Source: Candidatus Poribacteria bacterium (GTDB lineage Bacteria > Poribacteria > WGA-4E > PCPOR2b). From it: 64,000 bases of DNA. Both the position numbers and the translations under genes were made by a program. This document shows, one piece after another, positions 40,270 to 51,193 of this stretch. The notes under the pieces were generated by a model. That model saw nothing but the letters and a program-made list of their open reading frames with translations, was not told where the DNA came from and searched no databases. Positions within the stretch are counted from its first letter, which is position 1; each line of letters opens with the position of its first letter. The stretch spans positions 5,792,001 through 5,856,000 of the forward strand of contig OZ244042.1 in assembly GCA_965215015.1 (NCBI GenBank). The letters are read 5' to 3'.

Positions 40270-41616
40270 TTATCGGGAGCGCCGTCCTCTCACACGCCTG
40301 TCCTTCAGAAATCCTTCGTAATGTCTCATCGTCAAATAGGATTCAATTTGTGACACTGTATCTAATACGACTCCCACAACGATTAGGATTGAAGCACCAC
40401 TGATTAATGCGCCAGTACCCAACCATCCTTGCAGGAGTAAAGGGAAGACCGCAATTGCGGCTAGAAATACCGCACCGGGTAAAGTAATTCGGGTTAAGGT
40501 ATCGTTAATATAGTCTGCGGTCTTTTTCCCCGGGCGAATGCCCGGAATAAATCCACCATACTTCCTTAAGTCATCTGCCATTTGGACAGGATTAATCTGA
40601 ACGGCGGTGTAGAAGTATGTAAAACCGATAATAAGAAGAGCATAAATCACCCAATATAAAGGGCTACTTGCGCTGAAAACTGCCGCTAGCCCCCCAATCC
40701 ATGCCCATGAGGGAAATTGACTTTGCAAAAACCCTAAAACTGTTGACGGAAATTGTATTAGGGTAACGGCGAAAATAATGGGAATCATACCAGCCGCATT
40801 AACACGCAGCGGGATATGCGTTGCTTGCCCACCCATTACCTTACGTCCTACGACTCGCCGGGCATATTGGACAGGGATTTTGCGAACACAAAAGGTAATG
40901 TACACAGTTCCCATAATCGCTATAACTCCCAAAGCGACGAAGATAACCAGTTTCGGCAGATCAATTTGACGATTAAGAAGTTGGTTGAATATTGTTTGGA
41001 TTCCGCCCGGCATACCCGATAGGATACCGATCGTGATAATTAGAGAAATACCATTTCCAATGCCACGTTCTGTTATTTGTTCGCCGAGCCACATGACGAA
41101 AGACGTTCCAGACATCAAGGTAATCATGGTTAGCAAAGTCCACCAAATACCCGGATTCGTCACGATTTCAATGCTTTCACTACTAATAACACTTCCAGGC
41201 CTTTGCAACACAAAGCTAATCATGATGCCTTGGATAGCACTCAATATAACAGTGGCATAGCGTGTATATTGGGTAATTTTTTTCCGGCCGTCCGGTTCTT
41301 TGGAAAGCTTTTCAAGGAAGGGGATAACAACGGTTAGGAGCTGCATGACAATTGACGCACTGATATAGGGTTGGATACCGAGTGCAAAGATTGTCATCTG
41401 CTTGAATGCACCGCCTGAGAAGATATCTACGAAGTCAAGGACACTTCCACCAGTGCGGCCTCTTAAGCCATCGAAAAACTTTTCCAATTCAATATCATCA
41501 ATGCCGGGGAGTGTAATATGGGCACCCAAGCGATAGACAATTAACAGCAGTGCTGTAAAAATGATTCGTTGCCGCAGTTCTGGAATTTTGAAAGCGTTTT
41601 GGAATGCCTTAATCAC
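40270..41616 (-). CDS. secY: Preprotein translocase SecY
   Basis: IFALGIQPYISASI, GIGNGIS, FIPGIRPG. Confidence 0.98.
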   Translation of the reverse strand: MIKAFQNAFKIPELRQRIIFTALLLIVYRLGAHITLPGIDDIELEKFFDGLRGRTGGSVLDFVDIFSGGAFKQMTIFALGIQPYISASIVMQLLTVVIPFLEKLSKEPDGRKKITQYTRYATVILSAIQGIMISFVLQRPGSVISSESIEIVTNPGIWWTLLTMITLMSGTSFVMWLGEQITERGIGNGISLIITIGILSGMPGGIQTIFNQLLNRQIDLPKLVIFVALGVIAIMGTVYITFCVRKIPVQYARRVVGRKVMGGQATHIPLRVNAAGMIPIIFAVTLIQFPSTVLGFLQSQFPSWAWIGGLAAVFSASSPLYWVIYALLIIGFTYFYTAVQINPVQMADDLRKYGGFIPGIRPGKKTADYINDTLTRITLPGAVFLAAIAVFPLLLQGWLGTGALISGASILIVVGVVLDTVSQIESYLTMRHYEGFLKDRRVRGRRSR

Positions 41617-42063
41617 TTAAATCACCTCAATGCTACCGCCGGTGGATTCTATCTTTTCAACAGCAGACTTTGAGAATCGGTGTCCCTGTACCGTTAATTG
41701 CTTTTCGAGATTACCTTCTCCAAGAATTTTGATTTTTCCGCTTTTCTTTTTCGTAATTCCAGCTTCCCACAAAATCTCAGGGGTAATCGTTATTCCATTA
41801 TCAAAATGATTGAGTGTCCGGATGTTGACAATTTCATACTCAATCCGTTTATGTGCAGTCCTTCTCGGACCACGCTTAGGCAAGCGTCTCACTAGGGGCA
41901 TTTGGCCCCCTTCAAACCAAGCGGGAATGGAGACACCAGCCCGGGATTTCTGCCCTTTGTGACCACGACCACAGGTTTTACCCCACCCGGAACTTTCGCC
42001 ACGCCCAACTCGCTTCCGAGTGCGCGTTGAGTTTTCTGCAGGCTTGAGTTCGTTTAGTTTCAT
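41617..42063 (-). CDS. rplO: 50S ribosomal protein L15
   Basis: RVGRG, GRGHKGQKSR, FEGGQMPL. Confidence 0.97.
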   Translation of the reverse strand: MKLNELKPAENSTRTRKRVGRGESSGWGKTCGRGHKGQKSRAGVSIPAWFEGGQMPLVRRLPKRGPRRTAHKRIEYEIVNIRTLNHFDNGITITPEILWEAGITKKKSGKIKILGEGNLEKQLTVQGHRFSKSAVEKIESTGGSIEVI

Positions 42064-42181
42064 CAGCATTCACTCCGTTTTATGGATTAGTAATTACGCT
42101 TAAAAGTCCTTGTTTTTTTTAGAGGGTAACCTTTCCGAACAAATTAGGAGCACACCCTATCGGGGTTCTGAGAAAGGAACG

Positions 42182-42685
42182 TTAGTCGAGTAATTCCTCA
42201 ACCGTTTTGCCGCGCAAACGAGCCACATCGTTAATGTCTTTTAGACTTTTCAGGGCTTGCATGGTAGCTTCTGCCGTATTTTTTACGTTTCGAGAACCGA
42301 GCCGTTTGGTCAATACATCTTGCACACCGGCAAACTCCAAAATGACCCTCGTTCCAGGGCCAGCAATAATCCCTGTGCCGGGACCGGCTGGCTTGAGTAG
42401 AATCTTTGCACCCCCATATTTCCCGATAATTTCATGAGGGATGGTATTTCCTGATAAAGGCACGCGAATCAAGTTTTTTTTCGCATCAGCAATGCTTTTA
42501 CCTATGGCTGATGGAATTTCGTTGGCACTCCCAAAACCAAGTCCGACCACCCCCGACTGGTCCCCCACGACGGAAAGCGCATTAAAGCTGGGTGTTCGTC
42601 CGCCTTTACGAACGCGCATGACACGATTGATGTCAATTGGGCGTTCCTCAAATTCAAATTCATTCGGGTCTATTCTTTCCCTCAA
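42182..42685 (-). CDS. rpsE: 30S ribosomal protein S5 (TTG start)
   Basis: KGGR, VVGD, KPAGPGTGIIAG. Confidence 0.97.
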   Translation of the reverse strand: MRERIDPNEFEFEERPIDINRVMRVRKGGRTPSFNALSVVGDQSGVVGLGFGSANEIPSAIGKSIADAKKNLIRVPLSGNTIPHEIIGKYGGAKILLKPAGPGTGIIAGPGTRVILEFAGVQDVLTKRLGSRNVKNTAEATMQALKSLKDINDVARLRGKTVEELLD

Positions 42686-42757
42686 AAGCGACTCTCCTTC
42701 ATTATCAAGTGTCGATTCATTTTGCGAACACGCTTACGGCGCACTCTCTTACGATTT

Positions 42758-43126
42758 TCAGAACCGGAGTCCCTCTTCTCTTGCAGCTTCTGCCAGGGCT
42801 TTAATTCTTCCATGATAGAGGTTTCCGCCGCGGTCAAAGACGACTGATTCAATTTGATGCTCTTTTGCTCGGCGAGCGATTAATGTGCCCACCTGTTTCG
42901 CTGCACCGATGTTGCCTTGTGTTGACAGGTTGTCTTTCAACTCTGGGGATAGGGTTGAGGCTGCAGTGAGTGTATTGCTGGCTTCATCATCAATAATTTG
43001 TGCGTAAATGTGCTTCAAACTTCTAAAAACCGAAAGCCTTGGTCTTTGCCTAGTACCGATTATTTTTTGTCGCACTCGCTGCTTTCGCTTATGTCTCGCA
43101 ATATATTTTTTCTTAGACCGATCCAA
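42758..43126 (-). CDS. rplR: 50S ribosomal protein L18 (TTG start)
   Basis: [24 protein letters not shown]. Confidence 0.97.
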   Translation of the reverse strand: MDRSKKKYIARHKRKQRVRQKIIGTRQRPRLSVFRSLKHIYAQIIDDEASNTLTAASTLSPELKDNLSTQGNIGAAKQVGTLIARRAKEHQIESVVFDRGGNLYHGRIKALAEAAREEGLRF

Positions 43127-43239
43127 CGATTATCCCTCCGATAATAAGAAAAAGGATTGACAAATCCGGCTACGATAATTTTGGCTGACCGACTTGTAAA
43201 TCCTTTACTCTACAAAAATATACCCATTAAATCACTGCC

Positions 43240-43806
43240 CTACACCCCAGTTTTACCTTCCTTCATGCGGACGCGCTCCCCTTCGTAACGGAGGCCCTTG
43301 GAAGGTTCATAGACTTCGGGTTTCTTAATCTGACGAATTGAAGCAGCCACTTGGCCGACAAGTGCCTTATCAATACCATTCACCGTTATTGGTATATGAG
43401 GTTGGCCTCCCACAGTTTCGGGAGCACCAACACTCAAGGTGATACCGTCAGGTGGATCGTAGGTTACAGGATGAGAATATCCGACATTTAAGACCAAACG
43501 TTTTTGGCGGTCTATTTCCGCACGATATCCGATGCCAACGAGGAGGAGTTTTTTTTCAAAACCTTCAATCACACCCGTTACCATATTGGCGATAAGGCTT
43601 CGGGTCAGTCCGTGCAAAGATCTGTGCGCCTTCTGATTCGTCAATCTTTTAATTATGATTAATCCGTCCGCTAAGTTGACCGCTATGCCTTCAGGAATTG
43701 TCCAATTAAGACTGCCCTTGGGACCTTCAACAGTAATGTCTTTTTGGTCCAAGGCAACCTTAACTTTTGAATCCATCTGAATCGGCATTTGTCCTATTCG
43801 TGACAT
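43240..43806 (-). CDS. rplF: 50S ribosomal protein L6
   Basis: MSRIG, GPKGSL, GYSHP. Confidence 0.97.
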   Translation of the reverse strand: MSRIGQMPIQMDSKVKVALDQKDITVEGPKGSLNWTIPEGIAVNLADGLIIIKRLTNQKAHRSLHGLTRSLIANMVTGVIEGFEKKLLLVGIGYRAEIDRQKRLVLNVGYSHPVTYDPPDGITLSVGAPETVGGQPHIPITVNGIDKALVGQVAASIRQIKKPEVYEPSKGLRYEGERVRMKEGKTGV

Positions 43807-43835
43807 TGTGTTCGTCTCCGAATTCAAACTGAGAA

Positions 43836-44234
43836 TTACCAGATATGACAGAGGACCTCACCACCAATGCCGGATTTCCTGCATTCGGAGGCTGTCTTAA
43901 CACCTTGGGAGGTCGACAATATAGCAATTCCTAAATTTCCGTACACATTGGGCAGCCGGTCCGCTTTCACGTATACACGCCGCCCCGGTTTGCTAATTCT
44001 CTTGAGTCCTGTAATAACTTTTTCTTTCGATTCGCCATACTTGAGATAGATGCGCAAGATACCTTGTTTACCATCATCAATCCAACGATAGTTGCGGATG
44101 TACCCTTCCTCATGTAAGGTGCGAGTAATCTCCATTTTGAGATTTGATGCGGGTATTTCAACGCGCTCATGTCCAACCATATTCGCGTTGCGAACGCGGG
44201 TCAACATATCCGCAACCGGATCTGTCATTGACAT
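43836..44234 (-). CDS. rpsH: 30S ribosomal protein S8
   Basis: [22 protein letters not shown]. Confidence 0.98.
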   Translation of the reverse strand: MSMTDPVADMLTRVRNANMVGHERVEIPASNLKMEITRTLHEEGYIRNYRWIDDGKQGILRIYLKYGESKEKVITGLKRISKPGRRVYVKADRLPNVYGNLGIAILSTSQGVKTASECRKSGIGGEVLCHIW

Positions 44235-44270
44235 AAGTTTTCTCCTTTACCAGTCCCGATAAATGGGGTA

Positions 44271-44456
44271 CTACCAACTTGCCTTTGTGACTCCCGGAAT
44301 TTTACCGGATCTTGCGAAGAGGCGAAAACAGATTCGGCAAAGATCAAACTTTCGCAGATAACTGCGGGAGCGCCCACAGTGACGACAACGATTGTATTTT
44401 CGAACCCGGAACTTTGGGGTTCTTTTCTGTTTGGCAATGAGAGCTTTTGTTGCCAA
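44271..44456 (-). CDS. rpsN: 30S ribosomal protein S14 type Z (TTG start)
   Basis: 61 aa; CRHCGR and CRIC Zn ligands; PGVTKASW. Confidence 0.96.
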   Translation of the reverse strand: MATKALIAKQKRTPKFRVRKYNRCRHCGRSRSYLRKFDLCRICFRLFARSGKIPGVTKASW

Positions 44457-44503
44457 ATAAAGGCTCCTTTCATTCACTGCTATCAAGGGGCAGTGTGCGC
44501 GTG

Positions 44504-45046
44504 TTACAATTCTCGAAACGGCATTCCCATCAGGTGTAATAACTCGCGTCCTTCTTCATCGGTTGGGGCTGTTGTTCCAATAGTGATATTCAATCCGCGC
44601 ACCTCACTTATGGTGTCGTATTCAATCTCTGGAAAAATGACTTGTTCTTGAATGCCCAAGGAGTAGTTGCCACGCCCGTCAAAGGAATCCGGCGAGAGAC
44701 CACGAAAATCGCGAATTTGTGGAAGAACAACGTTGACAAGTTTATTAAAAAATTCATACATCCCATCCCGCCGCAGGGTCGTTTTACAACCGATAGCCAT
44801 ACCTGTGCGGACCTTAAATGCTGACACAGATTTCTTGGCGCGGGTAATAACTGCGCGCTGACCACCTATTTGTGTCAGTTCTTCGACAGCATTATCCAAG
44901 AGTTTTGAATCTTGTATAGCAGCACCAACCCCCATATTTAGAGTTATCTTGTCAAGTTTTGGCACTTGCATAACGTTTGGATATTTGAAACGCTGTTGCA
45001 ACGCAGGGAAGACCTCTTCTTGATAAAAAGATTTAAATATACTCAT
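44504..45046 (-). CDS. rplE: 50S ribosomal protein L5
   Basis: [21 protein letters not shown]. Confidence 0.98.
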   Translation of the reverse strand: MSIFKSFYQEEVFPALQQRFKYPNVMQVPKLDKITLNMGVGAAIQDSKLLDNAVEELTQIGGQRAVITRAKKSVSAFKVRTGMAIGCKTTLRRDGMYEFFNKLVNVVLPQIRDFRGLSPDSFDGRGNYSLGIQEQVIFPEIEYDTISEVRGLNITIGTTAPTDEEGRELLHLMGMPFREL

Positions 45047-45099
45047 TAATCTTTACCTTATAGATTGCGAAACTCCATCGAGAAAGTCATTATGCCCAC

Positions 45100-45450
45100 C
45101 TAGTCACGTTCGACAACCTCGCCACATTTCTTGCAGACGCGCACGCGGTATGTTTTTGTCCGTCCTGCAATTTCCTTCTCAAAAGTGCGCCGCGTTGTTC
45201 GAGTGGGTGTGTTACATTTTGGACAAATCAGCTTTAAGTTGGCGATGTCAATTGTTCCTTCTTTTTCGATAATACCACCCTGTGGTGCTTGAGGGCTCGG
45301 ACGGGTGTGCCTTTTAATTAGGTGAATGCCTTCAACGGTAGCACGACGTTTATGCGGAAGCATTTCTAGAATAACACCTGTTTTGTTCTTATCCTTGCCA
45401 CTCAATACTAACACATGGTCGTTTTTCTTTACATGGAATTTGGTCTGCAA
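45100..45450 (-). CDS. rplX: 50S ribosomal protein L24 (TTG start)
   Basis: KOW motif VLSGKDK, GGIIEKE, CPKC and CKKC. Confidence 0.96.
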   Translation of the reverse strand: MQTKFHVKKNDHVLVLSGKDKNKTGVILEMLPHKRRATVEGIHLIKRHTRPSPQAPQGGIIEKEGTIDIANLKLICPKCNTPTRTTRRTFEKEIAGRTKTYRVRVCKKCGEVVERD

Positions 45451-45471
45451 CGATGCTACCTCCTAGGAGAA

Positions 45472-45840
45472 TTAAATAACCTCTGGTGCTAAAGAGACGA
45501 TTCGTGCAAATGCTTTCTCTCTGAGTTCACGAGCAACGGGACCAAAAATGCGTGTTCCACGCGGCTGGTCTTGAGCATCAATGAGAACAGCTGCATTCTT
45601 GTCAAATTTGATGTAAGAACCGTCGAGTCTGCGATGTTCCTTGGTTGCACGGACCACCACAGCTCGTACGACATCCCCTTTTCTAACTTGGCTATTTGGA
45701 TTTGCTTCTTTCACACTTGCTACAATTACATCGCCGACTCGCGCGTAACGCCTTTTACTACCGCCGAGCACACGAATACACATGAGCTGCTTTGCTCCTG
45801 TATTATCCGCACAATTCAACAAAGTGTATGCTTGAACCAT
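45472..45840 (-). CDS. rplN: 50S ribosomal protein L14
   Basis: [27 protein letters not shown]. Confidence 0.98.
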   Translation of the reverse strand: MVQAYTLLNCADNTGAKQLMCIRVLGGSKRRYARVGDVIVASVKEANPNSQVRKGDVVRAVVVRATKEHRRLDGSYIKFDKNAAVLIDAQDQPRGTRIFGPVARELREKAFARIVSLAPEVI

Positions 45841-45884
45841 TGCTATTACCTTCCTTGGTTTACCCCCGTCCTCCACTTCACGCA

Positions 45885-46148
45885 TTAACTAGTTCTGTCA
45901 ACAACCTGACGAACTTTCCAACGTTTACGACGACTAAGTGGGCGAACTTCGACGATTTGGACAAGGTCGCCAACATGGCACATATTCTGCTCGTCGTGAG
46001 CTAGAATCTTTGTGGTACTTCTCACAATTTTCTTATAAAGGGGATGCTGATAAGCACGAACAATTTCAACAGCAACCGTCTTATCCATCTGATCACTTGT
46101 AACAGTACCCGTCCTGAGCTTACGATTCCCTCGCCTCTGCTTATCCAC
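45885..46148 (-). CDS. rpsQ: 30S ribosomal protein S17 (GTG start)
   Basis: SDQMDKT, HPLYKK, AHDE, RPLSRRK. Confidence 0.96.
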   Translation of the reverse strand: MDKQRRGNRKLRTGTVTSDQMDKTVAVEIVRAYQHPLYKKIVRSTTKILAHDEQNMCHVGDLVQIVEVRPLSRRKRWKVRQVVDRTS

Positions 46149-46170
46149 GCTTTTCCTCTCGTAACTAAAG

Positions 46171-46377
46171 TTATGGTGATTCTTCGATCCCCAGTTCACG
46201 TAGACGAAGGATTGTATGAATACGTGCAATATCCTTCTTGACTTTTTTTAACTGAGATGTATCTTCAAGTTGTCCTAGTATGCTTCGGAACTTAACGTTA
46301 AACGCAGTATCCTTAAAATCTCGAAGGTCGTTTTCTAGTTCCTCAGATGATTTGCTGCGCAACTCATTAGCAGTCAT
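46171..46377 (-). CDS. rpmC: 50S ribosomal protein L29
   Basis: [16 protein letters not shown]; conserved operon position. Confidence 0.94.
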   Translation of the reverse strand: MTANELRSKSSEELENDLRDFKDTAFNVKFRSILGQLEDTSQLKKVKKDIARIHTILRLRELGIEESP

Positions 46378-46384
46378 TGCTTGA

Positions 46385-46798
46385 TTATTCTCCCATTCGA
46401 CTGATAAACTTGGTTTCAATCGGCAATTTGTGGGCTGCTCTGCTCATCGCTTCCTTTGCCTCTTCTTCTGGAACCCCACTCAACTCATATAAAATGCGTC
46501 CCGGTTTAACAACAGCAACCCAAAACTCTGGGGCTCCTTTCCCACTTCCCATTCTGGTTTCAGCGGGTTTCTTTGTTACCGGCTTATGTGGAAAGATTTT
46601 AATCCAAACCTTGCCGCCCCGGCGGACATGACGTGTGATTGCGACTCGTGCTGATTCAATTTGGCGGCTCGTCAGCCAGCCCGGCTCCATTGCTTTCAAA
46701 CCATATTCGCCAAAATCTATTCGTGAACCTCGATAAGGTTTGCCACGACGCTTACCGCGCTGTACTTTACGGTGTAGGACCCGTTTGGGCATCAACAT
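46385..46798 (-). CDS. rplP: 50S ribosomal protein L16
   Basis: [15 protein letters not shown]. Confidence 0.98.
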   Translation of the reverse strand: MLMPKRVLHRKVQRGKRRGKPYRGSRIDFGEYGLKAMEPGWLTSRQIESARVAITRHVRRGGKVWIKIFPHKPVTKKPAETRMGSGKGAPEFWVAVVKPGRILYELSGVPEEEAKEAMSRAAHKLPIETKFISRMGE

Positions 46799-46939
46799 TT
46801 TATCTGCTCCTTATTATCAAAACCTTTCTACGCACCGATTCGAGGAACCGAGCCTAAATCTCCAATCAACCGCAGAGATTTTTTATATTTTTTGTCTGTA
46901 ACCTCTGCGTTTCTGTGGTGAGTTTTCAAAAGGAAACAC

Positions 46940-47809
46940 TTACGATTCTGTACGCTCACGGTTGCTTCTGCGCGATCCGCGTCGCCTGTCCTGACCTCTT
47001 CTTCGTCTGGGTCTGCTGTCAGGGCGCGATGCTGAGCGTTCTCCCGACTGACCATCTAGGCGTCCGGAGCCTGAAAGCCGGGACGGACGTCTTCGAGAGG
47101 ATTCAGTTGGCACCTGCATAGCACGGCTGGAAGGGGGAGCCGTCCCTGGAAGCTCCGGTCTGCCAATAATCTCTCCCTTAAAAATCCACGTTTTAATGCC
47201 AATCTTACCGTAGGTTGTATCAGCTTCAGCAAAGCCATAATCGATATTTGCTCTGAGCGTATGCAGCGGCACTCTACCTTCGATATTTGATTCTGATCGA
47301 GCCATGTCGGCACCTCCAAGCCGACCACCGATGCTGATTTTAACTCCCTGGGCACCGGCTTTCATTGAAGCGATAATACTTTTCTTCATCGCCTGCCTAA
47401 AATTGGATCGACGTACGATTTGCAGTGCAACCGCTTCGGCGACAAGTTGAGCATCTAATTCAGGACGCTTGATTTCATCGACACTAATCCGAACCGTCCT
47501 TTCAGTGCTCGAGCTTGAATCTGTCTGTAGGATACGCTCTAAATCCGCTTGTAACTTTTCCGCTTCAACGCCACGCCGGCCGATGACGATACCGGGACGC
47601 GCTGTGTGTATATGAATATTACACCTATCCCCAACCCTTTCGATTTCGATACGGGAAATGCCGGCACGCGACAATCTTTCCTTAATGAAGGACTGGATTT
47701 TCAAATCCTCATGAAGCCATTGGGCGTACTCTTTTTCGTTATACCATTTTGAGTCCCAATTCTCAATAATTCCTAGGCGTAGTCCACGCGGATGCGTTTT
47801 TTGTCCCAC
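46940..47809 (-). CDS. rpsC: 30S ribosomal protein S3 (GTG start) with Arg-rich C-terminal tail
   Basis: [23 protein letters not shown]. Confidence 0.97.
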   Translation of the reverse strand: MGQKTHPRGLRLGIIENWDSKWYNEKEYAQWLHEDLKIQSFIKERLSRAGISRIEIERVGDRCNIHIHTARPGIVIGRRGVEAEKLQADLERILQTDSSSSTERTVRISVDEIKRPELDAQLVAEAVALQIVRRSNFRQAMKKSIIASMKAGAQGVKISIGGRLGGADMARSESNIEGRVPLHTLRANIDYGFAEADTTYGKIGIKTWIFKGEIIGRPELPGTAPPSSRAMQVPTESSRRRPSRLSGSGRLDGQSGERSASRPDSRPRRRRGQDRRRGSRRSNRERTES

Positions 47810-47904
47810 TAAAACCTCCTCCTCAAAATTCAGTTGGGCAAAGGTTGCCGAGCGAGGGAGGTAAAGGAGCATATATCAGTTTGTTCAGAAGACTGGTCGG
47901 ATTT

Positions 47905-48270
47905 TCAATCTCCATTTTCACTTTCCTCCTCATCTAGCACGACTGTAATATGACACCTACGATGTAAGATCCGGTTTGCCATACCTCGTGCCCGTGGGCG
48001 AAACCATCTTCGGGTAATGCCATCGTTGACGACAATCTGTTTGACAACTAAATTGCTTTCATCAAGGGTGGCACCCTGCTGTTGTGCATTATATCGTGCA
48101 TTCGCTGTAGCCGATTGAATCAATTTGCGAATTACCGGAGAGGCATTTTTGTGTGTAAATGTTAATTGGTTTATTGCCTCCTCGACATATTGATCTTTAA
48201 CTAAATCGGCAACCAGACGCGCTTTGCGCGGGGCAATTGGCACGTTTCGGATACTTGCTCGAGCCTCCAT
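47905..48270 (-). CDS. rplV: 50S ribosomal protein L22
   Basis: PRKARLVAD, SATANA, PRARG, HITV. Confidence 0.96.
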   Translation of the reverse strand: MEARASIRNVPIAPRKARLVADLVKDQYVEEAINQLTFTHKNASPVIRKLIQSATANARYNAQQQGATLDESNLVVKQIVVNDGITRRWFRPRARGMANRILHRRCHITVVLDEEESENGD

Positions 48271-48364
48271 ATTAATAATCTCCTAAATTAGCTTGAGCAT
48301 TTATAATAACTTCCGCTCATGATCTCGATTTTTCAAAAAGGGTTGTACAAGAATCGAGTATATT

Positions 48365-48631
48365 TTACCTTCCACTACTCGCATGCGATCTGAATGTTCG
48401 AGTGGGAGAAAATTCACCGAGTTTATGTCCCACCATGTTTTCTGTAATATAAACAGGGAAAAATTTCTTGCCATTATGAATGGCGAGCGTGTGACCAATC
48501 AGGTCGGGTGTCACCATAGATCTGCGTGACCATGTGCGAATCACACGTTTTGTCCCAGACCGATTCATCACTTCGATTTTTTTGAGAAGTTTTGGATCTA
48601 TGTAAGGCCCTTTTTTCACAGAACGGGGCAT
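48365..48631 (-). CDS. rpsS: 30S ribosomal protein S19
   Basis: [20 protein letters not shown]. Confidence 0.98.
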   Translation of the reverse strand: MPRSVKKGPYIDPKLLKKIEVMNRSGTKRVIRTWSRRSMVTPDLIGHTLAIHNGKKFFPVYITENMVGHKLGEFSPTRTFRSHASSGR

Positions 48632-48689
48632 GACGCACCTCCTGAAAATGGTAAAAAAACACGAATAACTCTCTGTTAGTCGAGACAGC

Positions 48690-49514
48690 TTATTTCCGAC
48701 GACTGACAATGTATCTGCCAGATCGCTTTTTAGGATTTCTTGTTTTATATCCTTTAGTTGGAACTCCCCAAGGCGTTACGGGGTGTCTGCCGCCGGCACT
48801 TTTCCCTTCGCCCCCCCCATGCGGATGATCATGTGGATTCATTGCCACACCACGAACTTTGGGACGATGCCCTTTCCATCGGTTCCGTCCCGCCTTCCCA
48901 ATTGATAAGTTTGCATGGTCAACATTCCCTACTTGCCCAATTGTTGCCATACATTTCACTGGGAGTAAACGAACTTCGCCAGAAGGCATTTGGATCCGGG
49001 CATACTTTCCTTCGCGATCTACTAGCTGCGCTGCAACCCCGGCACTTCGTACCAGCTGTCCCCCTTTACCCGGCTGCATCTCTATGTTATGTATCGAGGT
49101 GCCGAGGGGAATCTGTTCAAGGGGCAAGGCATTGCCAACTTTGATAGGTGCATCTGGACCAGCATTGAGTACATCATCAACCTGTAATCCTAGAGGTGCG
49201 ATGATATAGCGTTTCTCTCCATCGGCATAATGGAGGAGGGCAATACGGGCGGATCTACTGGGGTCATACTCGATTGACGCGACCTTGGCAGGGATGCCAA
49301 ATTTATCACGCTTAAATTCAATCGCTCGATATCGACGTTTATGCCCGCCGCCACGCCTGCGGACGGTCATACGTCCCAGCGTGTTACGCCCGCCCTTTTT
49401 CTTTAATCCCTTCGTTAACGATTTTTCGGATTGGCGCCGAGTCACTTCTTCAAAGGCATCCCCTGTTATAAATCGGCGACTGGGTGTGACGGGTGAATAT
49501 GTTTTAACTGCCAC
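48690..49514 (-). CDS. rplB: 50S ribosomal protein L2
   Basis: [23 protein letters not shown]. Confidence 0.98.
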   Translation of the reverse strand: MAVKTYSPVTPSRRFITGDAFEEVTRRQSEKSLTKGLKKKGGRNTLGRMTVRRRGGGHKRRYRAIEFKRDKFGIPAKVASIEYDPSRSARIALLHYADGEKRYIIAPLGLQVDDVLNAGPDAPIKVGNALPLEQIPLGTSIHNIEMQPGKGGQLVRSAGVAAQLVDREGKYARIQMPSGEVRLLPVKCMATIGQVGNVDHANLSIGKAGRNRWKGHRPKVRGVAMNPHDHPHGGGEGKSAGGRHPVTPWGVPTKGYKTRNPKKRSGRYIVSRRK

Positions 49515-49551
49515 GCTAAATCCCTCCTAGTAAACCTTCAAACACGCACCA

Positions 49552-49851
49552 CTAGATGCTTTCAAAAGCGTCAATGGTAGTTCCTTCAGTAACAGTAATG
49601 ATTACCTTTTTCCAATTTGGTCGCCGCCCCAGTCGATACCGCCAAAATTGTCCCTTGGTCTTTCCGCGAACCTGCATGGTGTTAATCTTCAAAATCTTAT
49701 CTTTGAGATCGAAGAGTTCTTCAGCTGCTTTACGGATTTCTGCTTTACTGGCTTTTATATCAACCACAAAGGCGTATTTGTTCGATTCCCTGAGAATTGT
49801 GGTCTTTTCTGTTATTAACGGCTGCTTGATAATCCGATATGGATCTTTCAT
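49552..49851 (-). CDS. rplW: 50S ribosomal protein L23
   Basis: PLITEK, KAEIRKA, WKK. Confidence 0.95.
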   Translation of the reverse strand: MKDPYRIIKQPLITEKTTILRESNKYAFVVDIKASKAEIRKAAEELFDLKDKILKINTMQVRGKTKGQFWRYRLGRRPNWKKVIITVTEGTTIDAFESI

Positions 49852-49861
49852 CTATCCTTCC

Positions 49862-50485
49862 TCAACTGAATTTTTCTTCTAGCTTTTCCGCTGCGCTTTC
49901 GGTGAAGACAATCTTATCATGCCAAAGCACATCGTAAACATTCAGGGTATCCCAAACACAACTATTGACGTTCGAGATATTCCGCACAGATAGGTAGATG
50001 TTTGATTCTGGCTGACCGAGGACAAAAAGAACTTTATCCGCCAACCCTAAATTCCTCAAAACTTGAACCATGTCCTTCGTTTTGGGGGCATCTAGCGTAA
50101 AGTCTTCAATCAGGATGCAATCGTCATTTTGAAATTTATCTGCTAAAGCCGAATGTAACCCCAGCTGACGCACTTTCTTCGGGGTGCGTTGACGATAGCT
50201 GCGCGGCTTCGGCCCGAATGCAACGCCGCCATGCACCCGTATTGGGGATTGACCATCCCCCGCTCGGGCACGCCCGGTCCCTTTCTGGCGATATAGCTTT
50301 TTGCCACTTCCTCGGACTTCGGACCGTGTTTTGGTGGAAGCAGTGCCTCGACGTTGGTTCGCAAGGTGTGCAACGACACATTGATGTATCACTGCCTCAT
50401 TAACAGCTGCATTTATGAACGCGTCAGATAATTCTCTTTGTCTTTGGGTATCCCCAGAACGATTATATACATCTAAAGCTGCCAT
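49862..50485 (-). CDS. rplD: 50S ribosomal protein L4
   Basis: [21 protein letters not shown]. Confidence 0.97.
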   Translation of the reverse strand: MAALDVYNRSGDTQRQRELSDAFINAAVNEAVIHQCVVAHLANQRRGTASTKTRSEVRGSGKKLYRQKGTGRARAGDGQSPIRVHGGVAFGPKPRSYRQRTPKKVRQLGLHSALADKFQNDDCILIEDFTLDAPKTKDMVQVLRNLGLADKVLFVLGQPESNIYLSVRNISNVNSCVWDTLNVYDVLWHDKIVFTESAAEKLEEKFS

Positions 50486-50510
50486 AAGCAATAATCCTCA
50501 AAAGGTATAT

Positions 50511-51149
50511 TTACTGTTTACCCTTTACTGCTTTCTTGATAATAAGTAGTCCATTAGGGGGACCAGGAACAGCACCTTTAACGAGTAACAGGTTCCTGGC
50601 GGCATCGGCTTGGATAACTTGCAGATTCTGGGTGGTCACCTGTTTACCGCCATGTCGTCCGGGCATCTTTTTGCCCTTGAAAACACGTGCGGGCCAAGCA
50701 CTGTGACCGATAGATCCTGCTCGTCGATGGTTTTTCTCACTACCGTGGGTCTGCCTCATACCCGCAAACCCCCATCGTTTAACCACACCCGTGAATCCAC
50801 GCCCTTTCGAGGTACCCGTTACATCAACGAAATCCCCGGGCGAGAAAATAGTTACCTCAACGTTTGAACCTACGTCCAAACCTTCTGTGCTGTCAACACG
50901 CATTTCTCGCAAAAACCGATGTGGTTCGACATTTGCTTTTTGGAAATGTCCCTTCTCGGGGCGATTGACCTTATTTGCACGCCGAAAGCCAAAGCCTAAT
51001 TGGATAGCGTTATAACCCTCACGGTCTTGAGTTTTGACCTGTACTATCGGGCAGGGGCCCGCTTCGACCACCGTGACCGGAATCGCAGCCCCGGATTCGT
51101 CAAAGATTTGTGTCATGCCAATCTTCTTTCCTAATATTCCATTACTCAT
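50511..51149 (-). CDS. rplC: 50S ribosomal protein L3
   Basis: [22 protein letters not shown]. Confidence 0.98.
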   Translation of the reverse strand: MSNGILGKKIGMTQIFDESGAAIPVTVVEAGPCPIVQVKTQDREGYNAIQLGFGFRRANKVNRPEKGHFQKANVEPHRFLREMRVDSTEGLDVGSNVEVTIFSPGDFVDVTGTSKGRGFTGVVKRWGFAGMRQTHGSEKNHRRAGSIGHSAWPARVFKGKKMPGRHGGKQVTTQNLQVIQADAARNLLLVKGAVPGPPNGLLIIKKAVKGKQ

Positions 51150-51193
51150 GTCACATCTCCGCAATGAGGGTATTCTGATTAAACGATGTGTAT

